From: Acinetobacter phage SH-Ab 15599
Reading direction: 5' to 3' (one strand)
Sequence record: MH517022.1
DNA: 64,000 bases
Part shown: piece after piece, positions 45,680 to 56,169 of the stretch
How the letters are laid out: the number at the start of each line of letters is the position of its first letter
Position numbering within the stretch: position 1 is the stretch's first letter
The notes under the pieces: generated by a model
What the model was told of the DNA's origin: nothing
What the model saw: the letters and a program-made list of their open reading frames with translations, nothing else
Databases searched by the model: none
Program-made: the position numbers and the translations under genes

Positions 45680-45919
45680 TTAATAAAGATTATTAAAACA
45701 TATCTTTCTGATAGTTCCAACCCAAACAACTTTAGGTTTATTATCAGCTAAACATTTGCTCTTAACAATATCGCTTTTACCAACCCATGCGAAATATACT
45801 GCGGCTGCTATCACTAATAACAAACCAATCACCAACCCAATATTTTTCAACCAAGACTCTACCGCAAATGTAATACCGCTATGATTCAATGAGAGGTACC
45901 ATTTTAAGAATTTGTTCAT
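45680..45919 (-). CDS. Small single-TM membrane protein
   Basis: 79 aa with hydrophobic core IGLVIGLLLVIAAAVYFAWV. Confidence 0.4.
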   Translation of the reverse strand: MNKFLKWYLSLNHSGITFAVESWLKNIGLVIGLLLVIAAAVYFAWVGKSDIVKSKCLADNKPKVVWVGTIRKICFNNLY

Positions 45920-46036
45920 TGTTGCTCCGTTGAGCGTTATTCAGATGTAATATATTAGCCCTCTAAAGTGTACAAGTAAAGTGGTATTTTAATATTGTTC
46001 CACACGGTAGGCTGAGAGGTAAAATATACACATTAA

Positions 46037-46062
46037 AAAGCCTGTACTAGACAGGCTTAATT
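46037..46062. terminator. Bidirectional terminator
   Basis: AAGCCTGT-ACTAG-ACAGGCTT flanked by A-runs and T-runs. Confidence 0.5.
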
Positions 46063-46094
46063 TTTGGCTTTTTATAAAATAATGTTCATGAACA

Positions 46095-46736
46095 TTATTC
46101 TTTATCTGCGGCCGCTTCTTTAGCTGCATTTGCCTCAGTCGCTTTCTTAGCAGCTGCACGGGCTTTTGCTGCTAATGAAAGATTTACGCGGCGTTTGATT
46201 TCTTCATCATCCAGACCTTCGTATTTCGGGTCTTTCTTAGCCGCTGCAAACGCTTCATCAAATAGGATTTCTTCAGATGTTTTACCGCCGTTAGCATCTA
46301 CAATCACTTGACTGACTTCTTGTACAGAACGTTGGTCATCTGTACCTTCAAATGCTACTTCTTTGTCTTCTGGCGTCTGTTCTGATACAGGGGTTTGCTC
46401 GGTCTCAGCAGGAGTTTCAGCTGGGGTTGAGTCAACGTCACCTGTTGTATCTGTTGATTTGGTATCATCTTGTCCAGAAGTTTCATCAGCGTCTTCATCT
46501 TTATCTTCTTCATCAGATGTAGTTTCAACAGGTTTACCAGTAGCAATAGCAAGGTTTTCAGCTTGTTCTGCACGGATGGCATCAAAGTGCTCAGCATAGT
46601 CTTGATCTGCATTCGGTAGACCAATTAATAGCTCATCCAACTTCCCTTCTCGGATTAATACAACACCGCGCTCTGTTAGAACAGCATTTGGATTCTTACG
46701 AATCTCATTTTCAATATGTGCAGGCATTTTGTTCAT
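46095..46736 (-). CDS. Acidic protein with a low-complexity D/E/T-rich centre
   Basis: 213-aa ORF. The antisense ORFs listed in the track lie within its low-complexity region. Confidence 0.45.
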   Translation of the reverse strand: MNKMPAHIENEIRKNPNAVLTERGVVLIREGKLDELLIGLPNADQDYAEHFDAIRAEQAENLAIATGKPVETTSDEEDKDEDADETSGQDDTKSTDTTGDVDSTPAETPAETEQTPVSEQTPEDKEVAFEGTDDQRSVQEVSQVIVDANGGKTSEEILFDEAFAAAKKDPKYEGLDDEEIKRRVNLSLAAKARAAAKKATEANAAKEAAADKE

Positions 46737-47155
46737 TATAGAACCTCATTCAATATAACTGGGCGAAATATGTTTAGATGTAATTCCATCTGATTAACTT
46801 GAACGCCATTAGCCCTCAAGTAATTGATGCCATCTGGAAGACGATAATCAAGAATATAACTTACATATGGTATTCCCGCTTCAACAATCTTCTTAGCGCA
46901 TTCTATACAAGGAGAATGGGTCACATGTAGATGTAAGATATCATCACACTGACTGATAACATGACACTCTGCATGTTCCACGTCTGGTTTGGATTGTTCT
47001 AGGGTAATTTCACAAGGTGAACCATCTTTCATATGATTCCAACCCAAATAATGAGTACCCTTGTAATCAATACCAATACACCCGACTTGGAGTCGGATGC
47101 ATTTGGAATTAGAAGCCACCTTGAACAAATCACTTGGTCGGATCAATTGGTTCAA
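46736..47155 (-). CDS. Cytidine/dCMP deaminase-fold protein
   Basis: 139 aa. HAECHVIS (H-x-E) and SPCIECAKKI (PCxxC) zinc-binding motifs of the CDA fold. Confidence 0.65.
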   Translation of the reverse strand: MNQLIRPSDLFKVASNSKCIRLQVGCIGIDYKGTHYLGWNHMKDGSPCEITLEQSKPDVEHAECHVISQCDDILHLHVTHSPCIECAKKIVEAGIPYVSYILDYRLPDGINYLRANGVQVNQMELHLNIFRPVILNEVL

Positions 47156-47642
47156 CTTTCATATCCTTCAAACGGAAGCTATCAATATTGGTTGTGCCAA
47201 TTAGCACATAGCGTTTACCAGATAGAGAGTTGGCATACACTTTGCGTTCATCTTCAATAGTTGTTCTAATACCCCATTGAGATAAATCAATTTTGAGGTC
47301 TTCTTCATTGAGTTTATCAACAATAAACTCAGGAATCATTACATCCATAAGGCTCTCCGCGTGAGCTATTTTCACTTTCAAAATATCTAGCAGACGTTTG
47401 AAATCAGCCTTACACTCAGCCATATTATGACCAACACCTTCTATATGAAGACGACCCAAATAACTGATATCGCCAGAAGTGCTATCTCCTAGATCAACAG
47501 CAAACTGTTTGAAAAAGTTATGTTCTGGATGATTTACATCATGGTATCGAGTGTAACCGTATTCAACCTTTACATTTGATTCGCCAGATGCGCAGCGGTC
47601 TTTCCAAAATTGTACTGAAGGATCAATTTCTTTGTTATCCAT
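47130..47642 (-). CDS. Hypothetical protein
   Basis: 170-aa ORF. Its start abuts the stop of the upstream P-loop protein gene (47642). Confidence 0.4.
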   Translation of the reverse strand: MDNKEIDPSVQFWKDRCASGESNVKVEYGYTRYHDVNHPEHNFFKQFAVDLGDSTSGDISYLGRLHIEGVGHNMAECKADFKRLLDILKVKIAHAESLMDVMIPEFIVDKLNEEDLKIDLSQWGIRTTIEDERKVYANSLSGKRYVLIGTTNIDSFRLKDMKVEPIDPTK

Positions 47643-48442
47643 TAGAATAAATCCATGAGATTGGTCGTAGATTGGTATTGACGTTTCAGAGCTTCAGATG
47701 GAACATACATCTCCCCATCTCTCATCTTCTGGGAATACAATTCCATGTCTGGAACAAAGAAATGTTCTTTAGTGAAATCAACCCCTTCCAAGGTATTTTC
47801 TCTAAGAAGTCTTACAATGCGTGGCACCAAGTAGTCAGTATCGCCCCAAAGAACATAGGAGCCATAATAAACTGCATGGTTAGTGCCAGTATTAATTGAT
47901 TTGACCTTTCCAATTACATTTTTCAATTGCATTGGTTCAAATACGCCACGCTTAGCCCGTCTTTCCATGATACGGTCAAGATGAGTTTGACAATCCCATT
48001 GGAATGCACACCATACAGAGGCATGACCCATTTCTCTCAGTTCTCTGTCTAGACGATGCATAGCAGAGAAGACTGAAGACCAAAGTACGCCTTCCATGAG
48101 TATAGATTTGGTTCCAATCAGTTGTTTAACCAATGGAGCAATTACATAGAAGTCTCTCACACCGTCAAGACCGCCGCACTCATTGTCATATGAGCCTAAC
48201 ACATAGAAGGTTTCATATTCATCTACAGGGACTTTGACTGTACCGTATTTTTCACTAGGCATATCAAATACATGTCTAGCAATAGGCTTATGAAACTGAC
48301 TAACAACCTTACGGATACAATATGATTTACCTGAACCATTTGAACCACGTAAGTTTACCAGAATGTTGCCAGTATGCTGGAAAGCAGGGAGTTGTGAAAC
48401 TCCCTCCATCCCTGAAATTGTTTTAGACAATTTGAAAATCAA
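47642..48442 (-). CDS. P-loop NTPase/kinase-like protein
   Basis: 266 aa with Walker A GSNGSGKS. Confidence 0.45.
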   Translation of the reverse strand: MIFKLSKTISGMEGVSQLPAFQHTGNILVNLRGSNGSGKSYCIRKVVSQFHKPIARHVFDMPSEKYGTVKVPVDEYETFYVLGSYDNECGGLDGVRDFYVIAPLVKQLIGTKSILMEGVLWSSVFSAMHRLDRELREMGHASVWCAFQWDCQTHLDRIMERRAKRGVFEPMQLKNVIGKVKSINTGTNHAVYYGSYVLWGDTDYLVPRIVRLLRENTLEGVDFTKEHFFVPDMELYSQKMRDGEMYVPSEALKRQYQSTTNLMDLF

Positions 48443-48645
48443 GATTCGTTGCTCCCATTCAAATAATACCGCGAATCAGTTCTGTTACCATTCGGAGATA
48501 CTATAAAGCCTATAACATCCCGAGTTTCAGAATCAATAATGTTAACGCGGTTAGACTGTTTATCGTCAGGTTCATTGATATAAGACTTTCCGCGCAAGTG
48601 GTTTATGAAATCAAAATACGTGACTCTTTTCATTTTGAATCTCAA
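48439..48645 (-). CDS. Hypothetical small protein
   Basis: 68-aa ORF. Confidence 0.3.
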   Translation of the reverse strand: MRFKMKRVTYFDFINHLRGKSYINEPDDKQSNRVNIIDSETRDVIGFIVSPNGNRTDSRYYLNGSNES

Positions 48646-48829
48646 CTAGAATATTGGTCACTTTAGCAACACACTTCCATTTCCCAAATTTGTTATCATT
48701 GTAACGTTGACGCATGTATAGGTCTCCGTTTTCAATGTTCATCTGAGGGTTATTTGGCCCGCCATTCACAACATTAGAAACATCTTCAACTGTTACATTG
48801 TACTGACTAACGATATTTTTTAATTTCAT
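48611..48829 (-). CDS. Hypothetical small protein
   Basis: 72-aa ORF. Confidence 0.3.
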   Translation of the reverse strand: MKLKNIVSQYNVTVEDVSNVVNGGPNNPQMNIENGDLYMRQRYNDNKFGKWKCVAKVTNILVEIQNEKSHVF

Positions 48830-48836
48830 GTTTACA

Positions 48837-50540
48837 TTATCCTTGTTTAACTTCTACGATGCTGTCGAGGAACCACTGCGGGAAAAGATTCATTTGTTTG
48901 CCTTCATAAAGAACGCGCTGGAAATTGGAGTCAATGATATAGGTATCAGCATAATCATCAACACCGCGTACTGAACGCCCGCACATTTGAACAATTGATA
49001 AAATTGCTTTACGCAGATACCATCCAGAACGATATTCAGAATTCAATTTGATAAGAGGGTCGCCCAAATAACCAAATGGAACTTTAGCAATAATTTGGAA
49101 ACGACTCATATCTCCCTTGAAGTCATAACCCTTCACAATAGACGGGCTGATACATACTGCACCCGTCTTATGACGAGCCATTTCATTAACAATTTCATTA
49201 CGGTCTCGGCCAATAAAAGCACCGCCTTTGTTCTGAAGGTTCTGAAAGATGTTATTACCCAGAGCATAACTGACACAGTGTACTAGACCATTATGAGGGG
49301 CATGTCGGTCAATCAATTTTCCAACTACATTAGCCAAAGCAGGGTAATCTTTGAATTGAGCGTTCATTTTGAATTTAGGGATAACATACACCTTACGGTT
49401 ATCAACTGGAATTGGATTCTGAAGTTCTCCATATTGGAACTTCTCAAGACCAAGAGTTGATGCATATTCATCAATACCGCAAATGGTAGCAGACATGTGT
49501 AAGAATATATCACCCTTTCTGAATAGAGCATAGTCAGCTACTTGCCAAGCGAAAACTGGTTTAATAGTTGCCATTTGACTTTCATCATTGTTGCTGTACT
49601 CATTTACAATCCACTTAGCTCCCGCTTCAGCTTCACCAAATAGAGTCAATTTATCGCTGATAGATTGAATTGTCTCAAGCATATCTCCTAACTTCTCAAT
49701 GCGAGAATCAGAAGCACCTTCTTCAATTTCCGCTTCTAAAGCTTCAATGATATCTTCAGCAATAACATGAAGATCATGACAACTTTGACGCAGATCATCT
49801 GGTGTATCAAAATATTCCATTTTAGAATATTTTTCAATTACCTCAAGAAGTTCTTTCATGCCAACAAAAAATTGAGGGAATCCAAGTTCTTCCGTAAATT
49901 TGTACATGTTAGGGAAGATTGAAATGGTTGTATGATCTACAATTGCATCATCAATTTCATGACATTCATCAATGATAATGAGATTTGCGCGGTTTTCTTC
50001 TTTTGTACAAAGAGTGTCGCATGCTTCAATTTGGAAACTGAAATTAGAAGAACGCAACATTGCTTCGTTACACCAACGTTTTCTACGGATCACATAAGGG
50101 CAATCCAAATGTTTGCGACAACCGCCGTTGCGAACCATAGCTCGACATTGACCGCTGTTGTATGGTCCTTTGTTATGAGGGCAACTGTAATTTGTACGTC
50201 CACGGATATCATAGATTGTACGATCTGATTCACAATACTGATCTTGTAAACCAATAGTGGCGGTCACAATTGTACTACGGAAATTATTCACCAGATCAGC
50301 TAAGACCTTATGCACTACAATTGCGAACACACTTTTACCGAAGCCTGTAGGGGCCTGAACAATTACGTGCTTCTCTCCAGCGAGGAACTGTACTACAGCC
50401 CAAACAACTGCCTCAATCTGACCTGGGTTTGGAACGTCAAATGGAAAATGTTTTTTAGCAAGATCCATTATGGCTTCGTGAGAAATTGATACATTTCTCA
50501 AATTAGAAATATCTGGAGCTGCGTTTTTAGATTCATTCAT
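48837..50540 (-). CDS. DinG/XPD(Rad3)-like SF2 helicase with a 4-Cys FeS-cluster insertion
   Basis: 567 aa. Walker A APTGFGKS, DECH box IIIDECHEIDD, and a Cys cluster CPHNK...CRAMV..GGCRKHLDCPY between them. Confidence 0.65.
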   Translation of the reverse strand: MNESKNAAPDISNLRNVSISHEAIMDLAKKHFPFDVPNPGQIEAVVWAVVQFLAGEKHVIVQAPTGFGKSVFAIVVHKVLADLVNNFRSTIVTATIGLQDQYCESDRTIYDIRGRTNYSCPHNKGPYNSGQCRAMVRNGGCRKHLDCPYVIRRKRWCNEAMLRSSNFSFQIEACDTLCTKEENRANLIIIDECHEIDDAIVDHTTISIFPNMYKFTEELGFPQFFVGMKELLEVIEKYSKMEYFDTPDDLRQSCHDLHVIAEDIIEALEAEIEEGASDSRIEKLGDMLETIQSISDKLTLFGEAEAGAKWIVNEYSNNDESQMATIKPVFAWQVADYALFRKGDIFLHMSATICGIDEYASTLGLEKFQYGELQNPIPVDNRKVYVIPKFKMNAQFKDYPALANVVGKLIDRHAPHNGLVHCVSYALGNNIFQNLQNKGGAFIGRDRNEIVNEMARHKTGAVCISPSIVKGYDFKGDMSRFQIIAKVPFGYLGDPLIKLNSEYRSGWYLRKAILSIVQMCGRSVRGVDDYADTYIIDSNFQRVLYEGKQMNLFPQWFLDSIVEVKQG

Positions 50541-51196
50541 TAAATTGTCTCATTCCCTGCAAATGTTTCAATAAAACGGTATGCATCAAGCGCGGCATCA
50601 TGAGCTGCGTGATGGTATTTGAAGTTTGGAGATGTAATTGAGTCCACTGGAATGTTTGCATAGTTATCATTTGTGAACAGTTTAAACATCTGAGAACATT
50701 CCCAATATGCGTATTGGTTATAAGGCAATTTGACCTTCGTTTCAGAAGCATCATTTCCTAATGTTACGGCATGGATATGTTGTAATTTTGAAACGTCATA
50801 ATGTTTGCGATCAACTAAACGGGTTTGATCAAGCGTAACGCCGTAATGAATATGGTAAGCCTGTAATAAATTGAAGATTTCCGTAATAGAAAGATCATCT
50901 TCAGAAGGCTTAATCACTTCATCATATACTTCAGCAGGTTGTTCTTTCCAAAATTGGATAGCGCTCTTTGTTGTAGTACGCCCTAGACGCGCTTGTTCCT
51001 TAACATCAAACTTCCAAGAGTTTGCGCGGTTGATCAATGCGTCAATGTTATTTGTTGTTTCGCCGTTCAGATGACCTTGCTTCAACTCTTCATTAGAAAT
51101 GAAACAAACTCCAGTCATTGCAATAATAGAGCTATCCCAATGCCCTAATGTTTCATGGTCGATGAAAGTCCAACCAAGGGGTGTTTTATGAGCCAT
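50540..51196 (-). CDS. dexA: DEDDh 3'-5' exonuclease (DexA-like)
   Basis: 218 aa. Exo I FIDHETLG and Exo III YHHAAHDAALDA motifs. Confidence 0.55.
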   Translation of the reverse strand: MAHKTPLGWTFIDHETLGHWDSSIIAMTGVCFISNEELKQGHLNGETTNNIDALINRANSWKFDVKEQARLGRTTTKSAIQFWKEQPAEVYDEVIKPSEDDLSITEIFNLLQAYHIHYGVTLDQTRLVDRKHYDVSKLQHIHAVTLGNDASETKVKLPYNQYAYWECSQMFKLFTNDNYANIPVDSITSPNFKYHHAAHDAALDAYRFIETFAGNETI

Positions 51197-51269
51197 GTTA
51201 TTTGTCCTAAAATAAAGGAGACCAAATCGTCTCCTCTATTATAACTTTGTTTAATGATTTATGGAATTA

Positions 51270-52139
51270 TCAAATAGGTTTACCGTCTTCGCCAACCAAT
51301 TCAATTTTAGGAGTGTTTTGAACAATATCAACAGCTGCAGCAGCATGAGCAGCTTCAATAGGAGAATGTTTCACCATAGGCGCAAATACTGGATCCATGA
51401 ATTCAACAGATTTCAAGAATTTATTGGCTTCATATTTTTTGCCGTGACAGTCTACTTGGTCACCTAAAGAATATACCGCATACACGTCATGCTCAACTTC
51501 TTTATGGAACAATTTAATGCCAATTGCAGCATATTTCGAATATGTTGAATCTAAAGACGTTGTGCCATAACAAAGTTTAGAGACGTTTGAAACTGTAACA
51601 GCATATAAGTCGTCTACTGGATCAACACCAATGAATACCGAGATATGAATTAATGCATTGATCAATTTATCAAGGTCTTGGCAGAATTTTTCATTTGTGT
51701 AGTTTTTAGTTTTCAAAGAAGTTGCAATGTCTTTTACAAGAGTATCAATTTCATCGCGATATTCTTCAAACTCTACAGTTAGCAAGTTACGCTCTGTGCT
51801 GTTCACATGAGCAAAGCCGCCGCGAATTTCAGCAATAGTTTGAGTGAAATAATATTGAGTATCAACACCAGCGCGCCAAATACTACCAATAGAAGTAGTC
51901 AAACAATCAGATAGACCATCACGTAATTCATCAGAAACATAACCGTGATTCAATGCTAATAGGACTTCATCCCATTCAGATTCAGTATAAGAATGTTGAT
52001 CAATTGCATTTTGGGTTCCAGCTTCTGCATCACCTAAAGCGCGACCAAACAATGAATTCATATAAGCAATTTGACCAGCAAATGTTTGCTTTTCTTTTAA
52101 ACTAGCAACAGAAAGAAGCATTTTGTTATTTCCTAACAT
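51270..52139 (-). CDS. Hypothetical protein, possibly a MazG-like nucleotide pyrophosphohydrolase
   Basis: 289 aa. E-rich helix motif EFEEYRDEID. Weak assignment. Confidence 0.3.
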   Translation of the reverse strand: MLGNNKMLLSVASLKEKQTFAGQIAYMNSLFGRALGDAEAGTQNAIDQHSYTESEWDEVLLALNHGYVSDELRDGLSDCLTTSIGSIWRAGVDTQYYFTQTIAEIRGGFAHVNSTERNLLTVEFEEYRDEIDTLVKDIATSLKTKNYTNEKFCQDLDKLINALIHISVFIGVDPVDDLYAVTVSNVSKLCYGTTSLDSTYSKYAAIGIKLFHKEVEHDVYAVYSLGDQVDCHGKKYEANKFLKSVEFMDPVFAPMVKHSPIEAAHAAAAVDIVQNTPKIELVGEDGKPI

Positions 52140-52195
52140 GTTAAGGGGTTCACGGTAAAGTTTACCCCTTAATCTTAGTCAAGATAAAAATCAAA

Positions 52196-54187
52196 TTAAA
52201 CTTTAAAAGAATCATCAGGCATGCGAGTAGAGATAGGCAGAGAGTTATACACGTTGGTACTGCTATTTGATACGTTGTTAGTCGTATTATTTTGAGTGGT
52301 CTGGTGAATAGCTGCTTGTGCTTTCTTCTCCTCTTTCTCCCTTTCTTCTTTGGTATCAAAGATATCCTTTAAAGAAGGCCAGTCAGATGTCCAACGCTCA
52401 ATCAGAGGCTTTTTAGCCTCCTTCTCAGCGTCCTTTTGTTTAGCCTCTGGAGATGATTTCTCTTGTTTATCTGTATTTCCAATACTAGGAAAGAATTTGT
52501 CTCCTAGGTTACCAGGCAATACATTAAGCGCATCACGAGCCTTTTCTTGGAACAGTTTCTTCAAAGTCGGCCCGATATTGTCAATGAAATTAGATACGTC
52601 AGCAAATACATCTGTAATGAAAGTGAATCCAGATTCTATCTTGTCTTTAGCTGTAGAAAGACCGTCTGAGATAGTATTCTTCAGATCAACAAGAAAGGCG
52701 AATGACTGAATGATAACATTAGGGATGTCTGCCAATTTCTTAGCAACGTATTGCTTAACAAATCCGCCAATATCAGTTTCAAACCCGAAGAATCCAGTGA
52801 TAACATCTACGATACCAACGATACCGCCAATGAAACCCCCAACGCCAGCACTTACTTTGTCCCAAAGGGTTAATGCCTCTTTAGCCTTACCCAGTACTTG
52901 ATCTGCATTGGAGAAAGCGTCAAAGAAATCAAACAGACCTACTACAACTGCAATGACCTGTCCAATAACGGGTATGCTCTTTGTCAATTTGCCCAATTTG
53001 GATACCTTTCCAAGCGTACCCTTGAGGCCATCAAATGCTTCCCCGAGTTTACCGAACGCCCCTCCAATAAAGTCTTTTACAACAGTAATAACATTACCAG
53101 CGAACTTGATCAGATTTTTAGGACTAAGGGCCGCCAAAACCATAACTCCAGCCCTAGCAATGAACGATACAATCCCTTTCATCAAGCCCTTGCGTCCAAA
53201 CAACAGAGGCGTTATGAAATCCAAAATGCCGCCTCCAGTGTCACCCTGAGGAGGGGCCAATGTTGGCGTTGTAGATACTGGGGTTGCTTTAGGTTTATAG
53301 TGACGGAAATTGTTACCCATCTTCTCAGCATTACGAGCTTCAGCATCATTTTTACTCATAATGAGTTGTTCTTTGATATCTGCTGCAATAGCCTCAATAT
53401 GAGTTAAGATACCCTGATCTACATCTTTTAGACCTAGAATATCAGCCTTCATTTCCTTGTAATCAAATGTAACTGGATTATTGATTACGACGGGAGCAGA
53501 ACTTGCCACTGTTGGTTTTGGTAACTTAACAGGCTTAGTCTGTTCTTCAACCTCTGGGATTTTAGGAACAGGGAAAGGGCGCTCTTTCATATGATCAAGG
53601 AATGAAATCTGCGGAGCGCTCTTGGTCTTTCTTTCACTTCTGTCTACAATCTTTTTAGAGACGGATTTCACAACATCTTTCATTAGACCAAACAAAGGAC
53701 CAGTTTGATCTGCAAAATCTCCCACTCCCATCTTATCCTTTTGGATATTAGATGCAATACGTTCCAATAGACTATCAGTTTTCACTGAATCAATAGCAAC
53801 TTTAACATTTTGTTTAACAGCCTCTTGATCTACATTATGTGTTGTAGAGTCTTCTGCCAACTTAATATTGCTGTTGATAGTTTTCAACGTCAACAATGCC
53901 TGACGTCTCAGAGCAGGATCATTCAACGAGCGTAATTGCATTGATACATCTAGCGCCGTTTGAATAGCGGCAGACGTTATAGCATCAATCTGTTTATCTT
54001 CAGACAATTTCACCTGTTCAGTGATTTTCTTCATTGCCTTCAAAAGTTCAGATTTATCTCCCTTGTCTTTTGACAGATCGTGCATTGCTTTGTTCAGCTC
54101 TTCTGCTGACTTAGCCGCCTCCAATTCCCGTTGACGTTCCAATGCTGCCTTAGATGGAGATGTTATTGGTTTGTTATCAGGTTCCAT
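52196..54187 (-). CDS. 29: Baseplate hub/tail-length determinator gp29-like (tape-measure-like)
   Basis: 663 aa. Helical N-terminus and a long G/A/hydrophobic repeat region (GGAFGKLGEAFDGLKG..., GGFIGGIVGIVDVITGFFG). Confidence 0.5.
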   Translation of the reverse strand: MEPDNKPITSPSKAALERQRELEAAKSAEELNKAMHDLSKDKGDKSELLKAMKKITEQVKLSEDKQIDAITSAAIQTALDVSMQLRSLNDPALRRQALLTLKTINSNIKLAEDSTTHNVDQEAVKQNVKVAIDSVKTDSLLERIASNIQKDKMGVGDFADQTGPLFGLMKDVVKSVSKKIVDRSERKTKSAPQISFLDHMKERPFPVPKIPEVEEQTKPVKLPKPTVASSAPVVINNPVTFDYKEMKADILGLKDVDQGILTHIEAIAADIKEQLIMSKNDAEARNAEKMGNNFRHYKPKATPVSTTPTLAPPQGDTGGGILDFITPLLFGRKGLMKGIVSFIARAGVMVLAALSPKNLIKFAGNVITVVKDFIGGAFGKLGEAFDGLKGTLGKVSKLGKLTKSIPVIGQVIAVVVGLFDFFDAFSNADQVLGKAKEALTLWDKVSAGVGGFIGGIVGIVDVITGFFGFETDIGGFVKQYVAKKLADIPNVIIQSFAFLVDLKNTISDGLSTAKDKIESGFTFITDVFADVSNFIDNIGPTLKKLFQEKARDALNVLPGNLGDKFFPSIGNTDKQEKSSPEAKQKDAEKEAKKPLIERWTSDWPSLKDIFDTKEEREKEEKKAQAAIHQTTQNNTTNNVSNSSTNVYNSLPISTRMPDDSFKV

Positions 54188-54197
54188 TGTTTACACC

Positions 54198-55493
54198 TCA
54201 AGGAAGTAATTTCTGCGCAGGTGCATTCTCTGGAGGAGGAGCATCTTTGCTTTGGGCGGTCTTTTGATCTGTTTGAGGGACTTCTGGAAGCCCAATCTCA
54301 GCTTGAACATCTACAGCATAACTGTCTTTACATAATTCAAGAGCGCAACTGTAATTGTTCCCTTTGATCAAATGTCTGAGTGAAGTGATTAACCAACGTC
54401 CAGACGTTAATGTTTCATTTTGTACATTTGAAGATGATAAATCAGGTACAGCCATTTCAATAATCTGACCCGCCTTGTATCCACTATCTCCTGGAACAAT
54501 GACTTTGATCTTATAGAAATCCATAAGACCTATTAACATGTTGCGATAGACTTCACCCTCATGGCTCATATCAGCTCTGGTATACATGAAGTCCATTCTG
54601 AAGAAATTTTGGTCAGTTTCAGGATATAAAGGGAACTCATCAATTTTAGCAAAGTTTTCAGTACCAGATAGGGTTCTATAATCATATTGTTGCGTCTCTA
54701 CAATTCTGGAGTCGGCATTCAATAGGATCAGATTTACTCCCCACGCGCCGTTCTGAATTTGTTTCATACGGTCTGCTGATTTACAATATTCGTATTTTTG
54801 AACTCGTCTCCAAGCTCTATCTCCATCATCAGATACTCGACTCGGCTCAATATACAATCTGGTATAAGGTTCTTGAGAATATACATTATGTAATGATCTG
54901 AATTGATAACCGTCCATTGTTTCCCAGAATAAGAATGGATCGGTTTTTACACCGTATGCTCTCCCTGATATCCATTTACAAGCTTGTAAAGGAGAATAAT
55001 ATGGACAAACGAAGGTTTGATTGTAATTAGCAGTATCTTTTGTTAAAGAGGTTGTTGAACCCAAGTCTTTTAATAACATTTCAACAATAGCATCATATGT
55101 TCCATCGTATGCTTTAGAAATGTTTAACTTGAAATCTCTGTAACGGTCTTGGGTGATCAAATACAATGTATAGATTTGTTTATTGGTTTGATCAGTCTCT
55201 AATCTATCCCCGACTTTGGCTACACAAAGAGTTATCAATTGAGTATCTTGATAAACTGGAGTTCTGAATCTAACATCTATCAACTCTCCGCCCACCAATG
55301 GAAATGACTCAGGCAAGTTAATGAGATCATGCATTACAATAGTTCCGAATATTGTAGGCGAGAACATATCTTCATGAATAGCTAGTTCAAAGACAAAATC
55401 TCTGATATCAAATTTTTCGTCTTCAGTCATACCCTCTCTATACATCAATATGCTTTCTATTCGGAATGTATCCAAAGGAACAAAATCACTCAT
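54198..55493 (-). CDS. 27: Baseplate hub protein gp27-like
   Basis: 431 aa. Motif neighbourhood DPFLFWETMDGYQF parallels FVFVWQDIMG in T4 gp27. Positioned next to gp29. Confidence 0.45.
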   Translation of the reverse strand: MSDFVPLDTFRIESILMYREGMTEDEKFDIRDFVFELAIHEDMFSPTIFGTIVMHDLINLPESFPLVGGELIDVRFRTPVYQDTQLITLCVAKVGDRLETDQTNKQIYTLYLITQDRYRDFKLNISKAYDGTYDAIVEMLLKDLGSTTSLTKDTANYNQTFVCPYYSPLQACKWISGRAYGVKTDPFLFWETMDGYQFRSLHNVYSQEPYTRLYIEPSRVSDDGDRAWRRVQKYEYCKSADRMKQIQNGAWGVNLILLNADSRIVETQQYDYRTLSGTENFAKIDEFPLYPETDQNFFRMDFMYTRADMSHEGEVYRNMLIGLMDFYKIKVIVPGDSGYKAGQIIEMAVPDLSSSNVQNETLTSGRWLITSLRHLIKGNNYSCALELCKDSYAVDVQAEIGLPEVPQTDQKTAQSKDAPPPENAPAQKLLP

Positions 55494-56035
55494 TTGAATA
55501 ACTCCTCAATTTGACGAACAATGTTAGGGATATATTCCGGCAGAATCAATTTGATTTGTCTTTTCTTTTGGTTGATTTCATCTTCATAAGCAAAATACGT
55601 TACGGGTTTAAGACCATGTTTCGAAATTGCTTCTTGTGTTGAAATGCTCTCTCCAATCAACACATAAGCTTCTGGGTCTTGAACATTCCCATGTTCATCA
55701 ATCCAATGGTATACGTCTCCGTATTCATTATCGGGGTACTTGTCTTTGAACCATTTTTCAAATGCGTATTGAGGTACAGGCCAACTGTCAACTATGTTAA
55801 CCATATTGTTAGCAAGAACAATAACCCACCAATAATTGGGAGAACCATATACAATTCTGGATAGGTCTGAGAGTGTATCAGAATCTCTCAATGAATGTTC
55901 TGTCCAATATCTTGGATTGTTTTTGTATTGATCTGGAATTGCTACATGCTTGGTCAGATCGGGAATGGATACAATCTGACCCTGTTTATTGTATTCTGCC
56001 TTTCCGAAATAACGAGATAGCATCTCAATTCTCAC
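55490..56035 (-). CDS. Baseplate-associated protein with a LysM-like segment
   Basis: 181 aa. DTLSDLSRIVYGSPNYWWVIVLANNM is LysM-like. Heads the hub operon. Confidence 0.35.
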   Translation of the reverse strand: MRIEMLSRYFGKAEYNKQGQIVSIPDLTKHVAIPDQYKNNPRYWTEHSLRDSDTLSDLSRIVYGSPNYWWVIVLANNMVNIVDSWPVPQYAFEKWFKDKYPDNEYGDVYHWIDEHGNVQDPEAYVLIGESISTQEAISKHGLKPVTYFAYEDEINQKKRQIKLILPEYIPNIVRQIEELFK

Positions 56036-56169
56036 TTAGTCTTATCACTAATCGTACTTATGAGAATAGACATTCTATGAGTGAGCAGTAATTTCTAAAA
56101 TCCATAAAAATTGCCCTGATAGATACAGAGCAATTTGACCCAATTTTACCATTTCCACACGGTAGTGAC

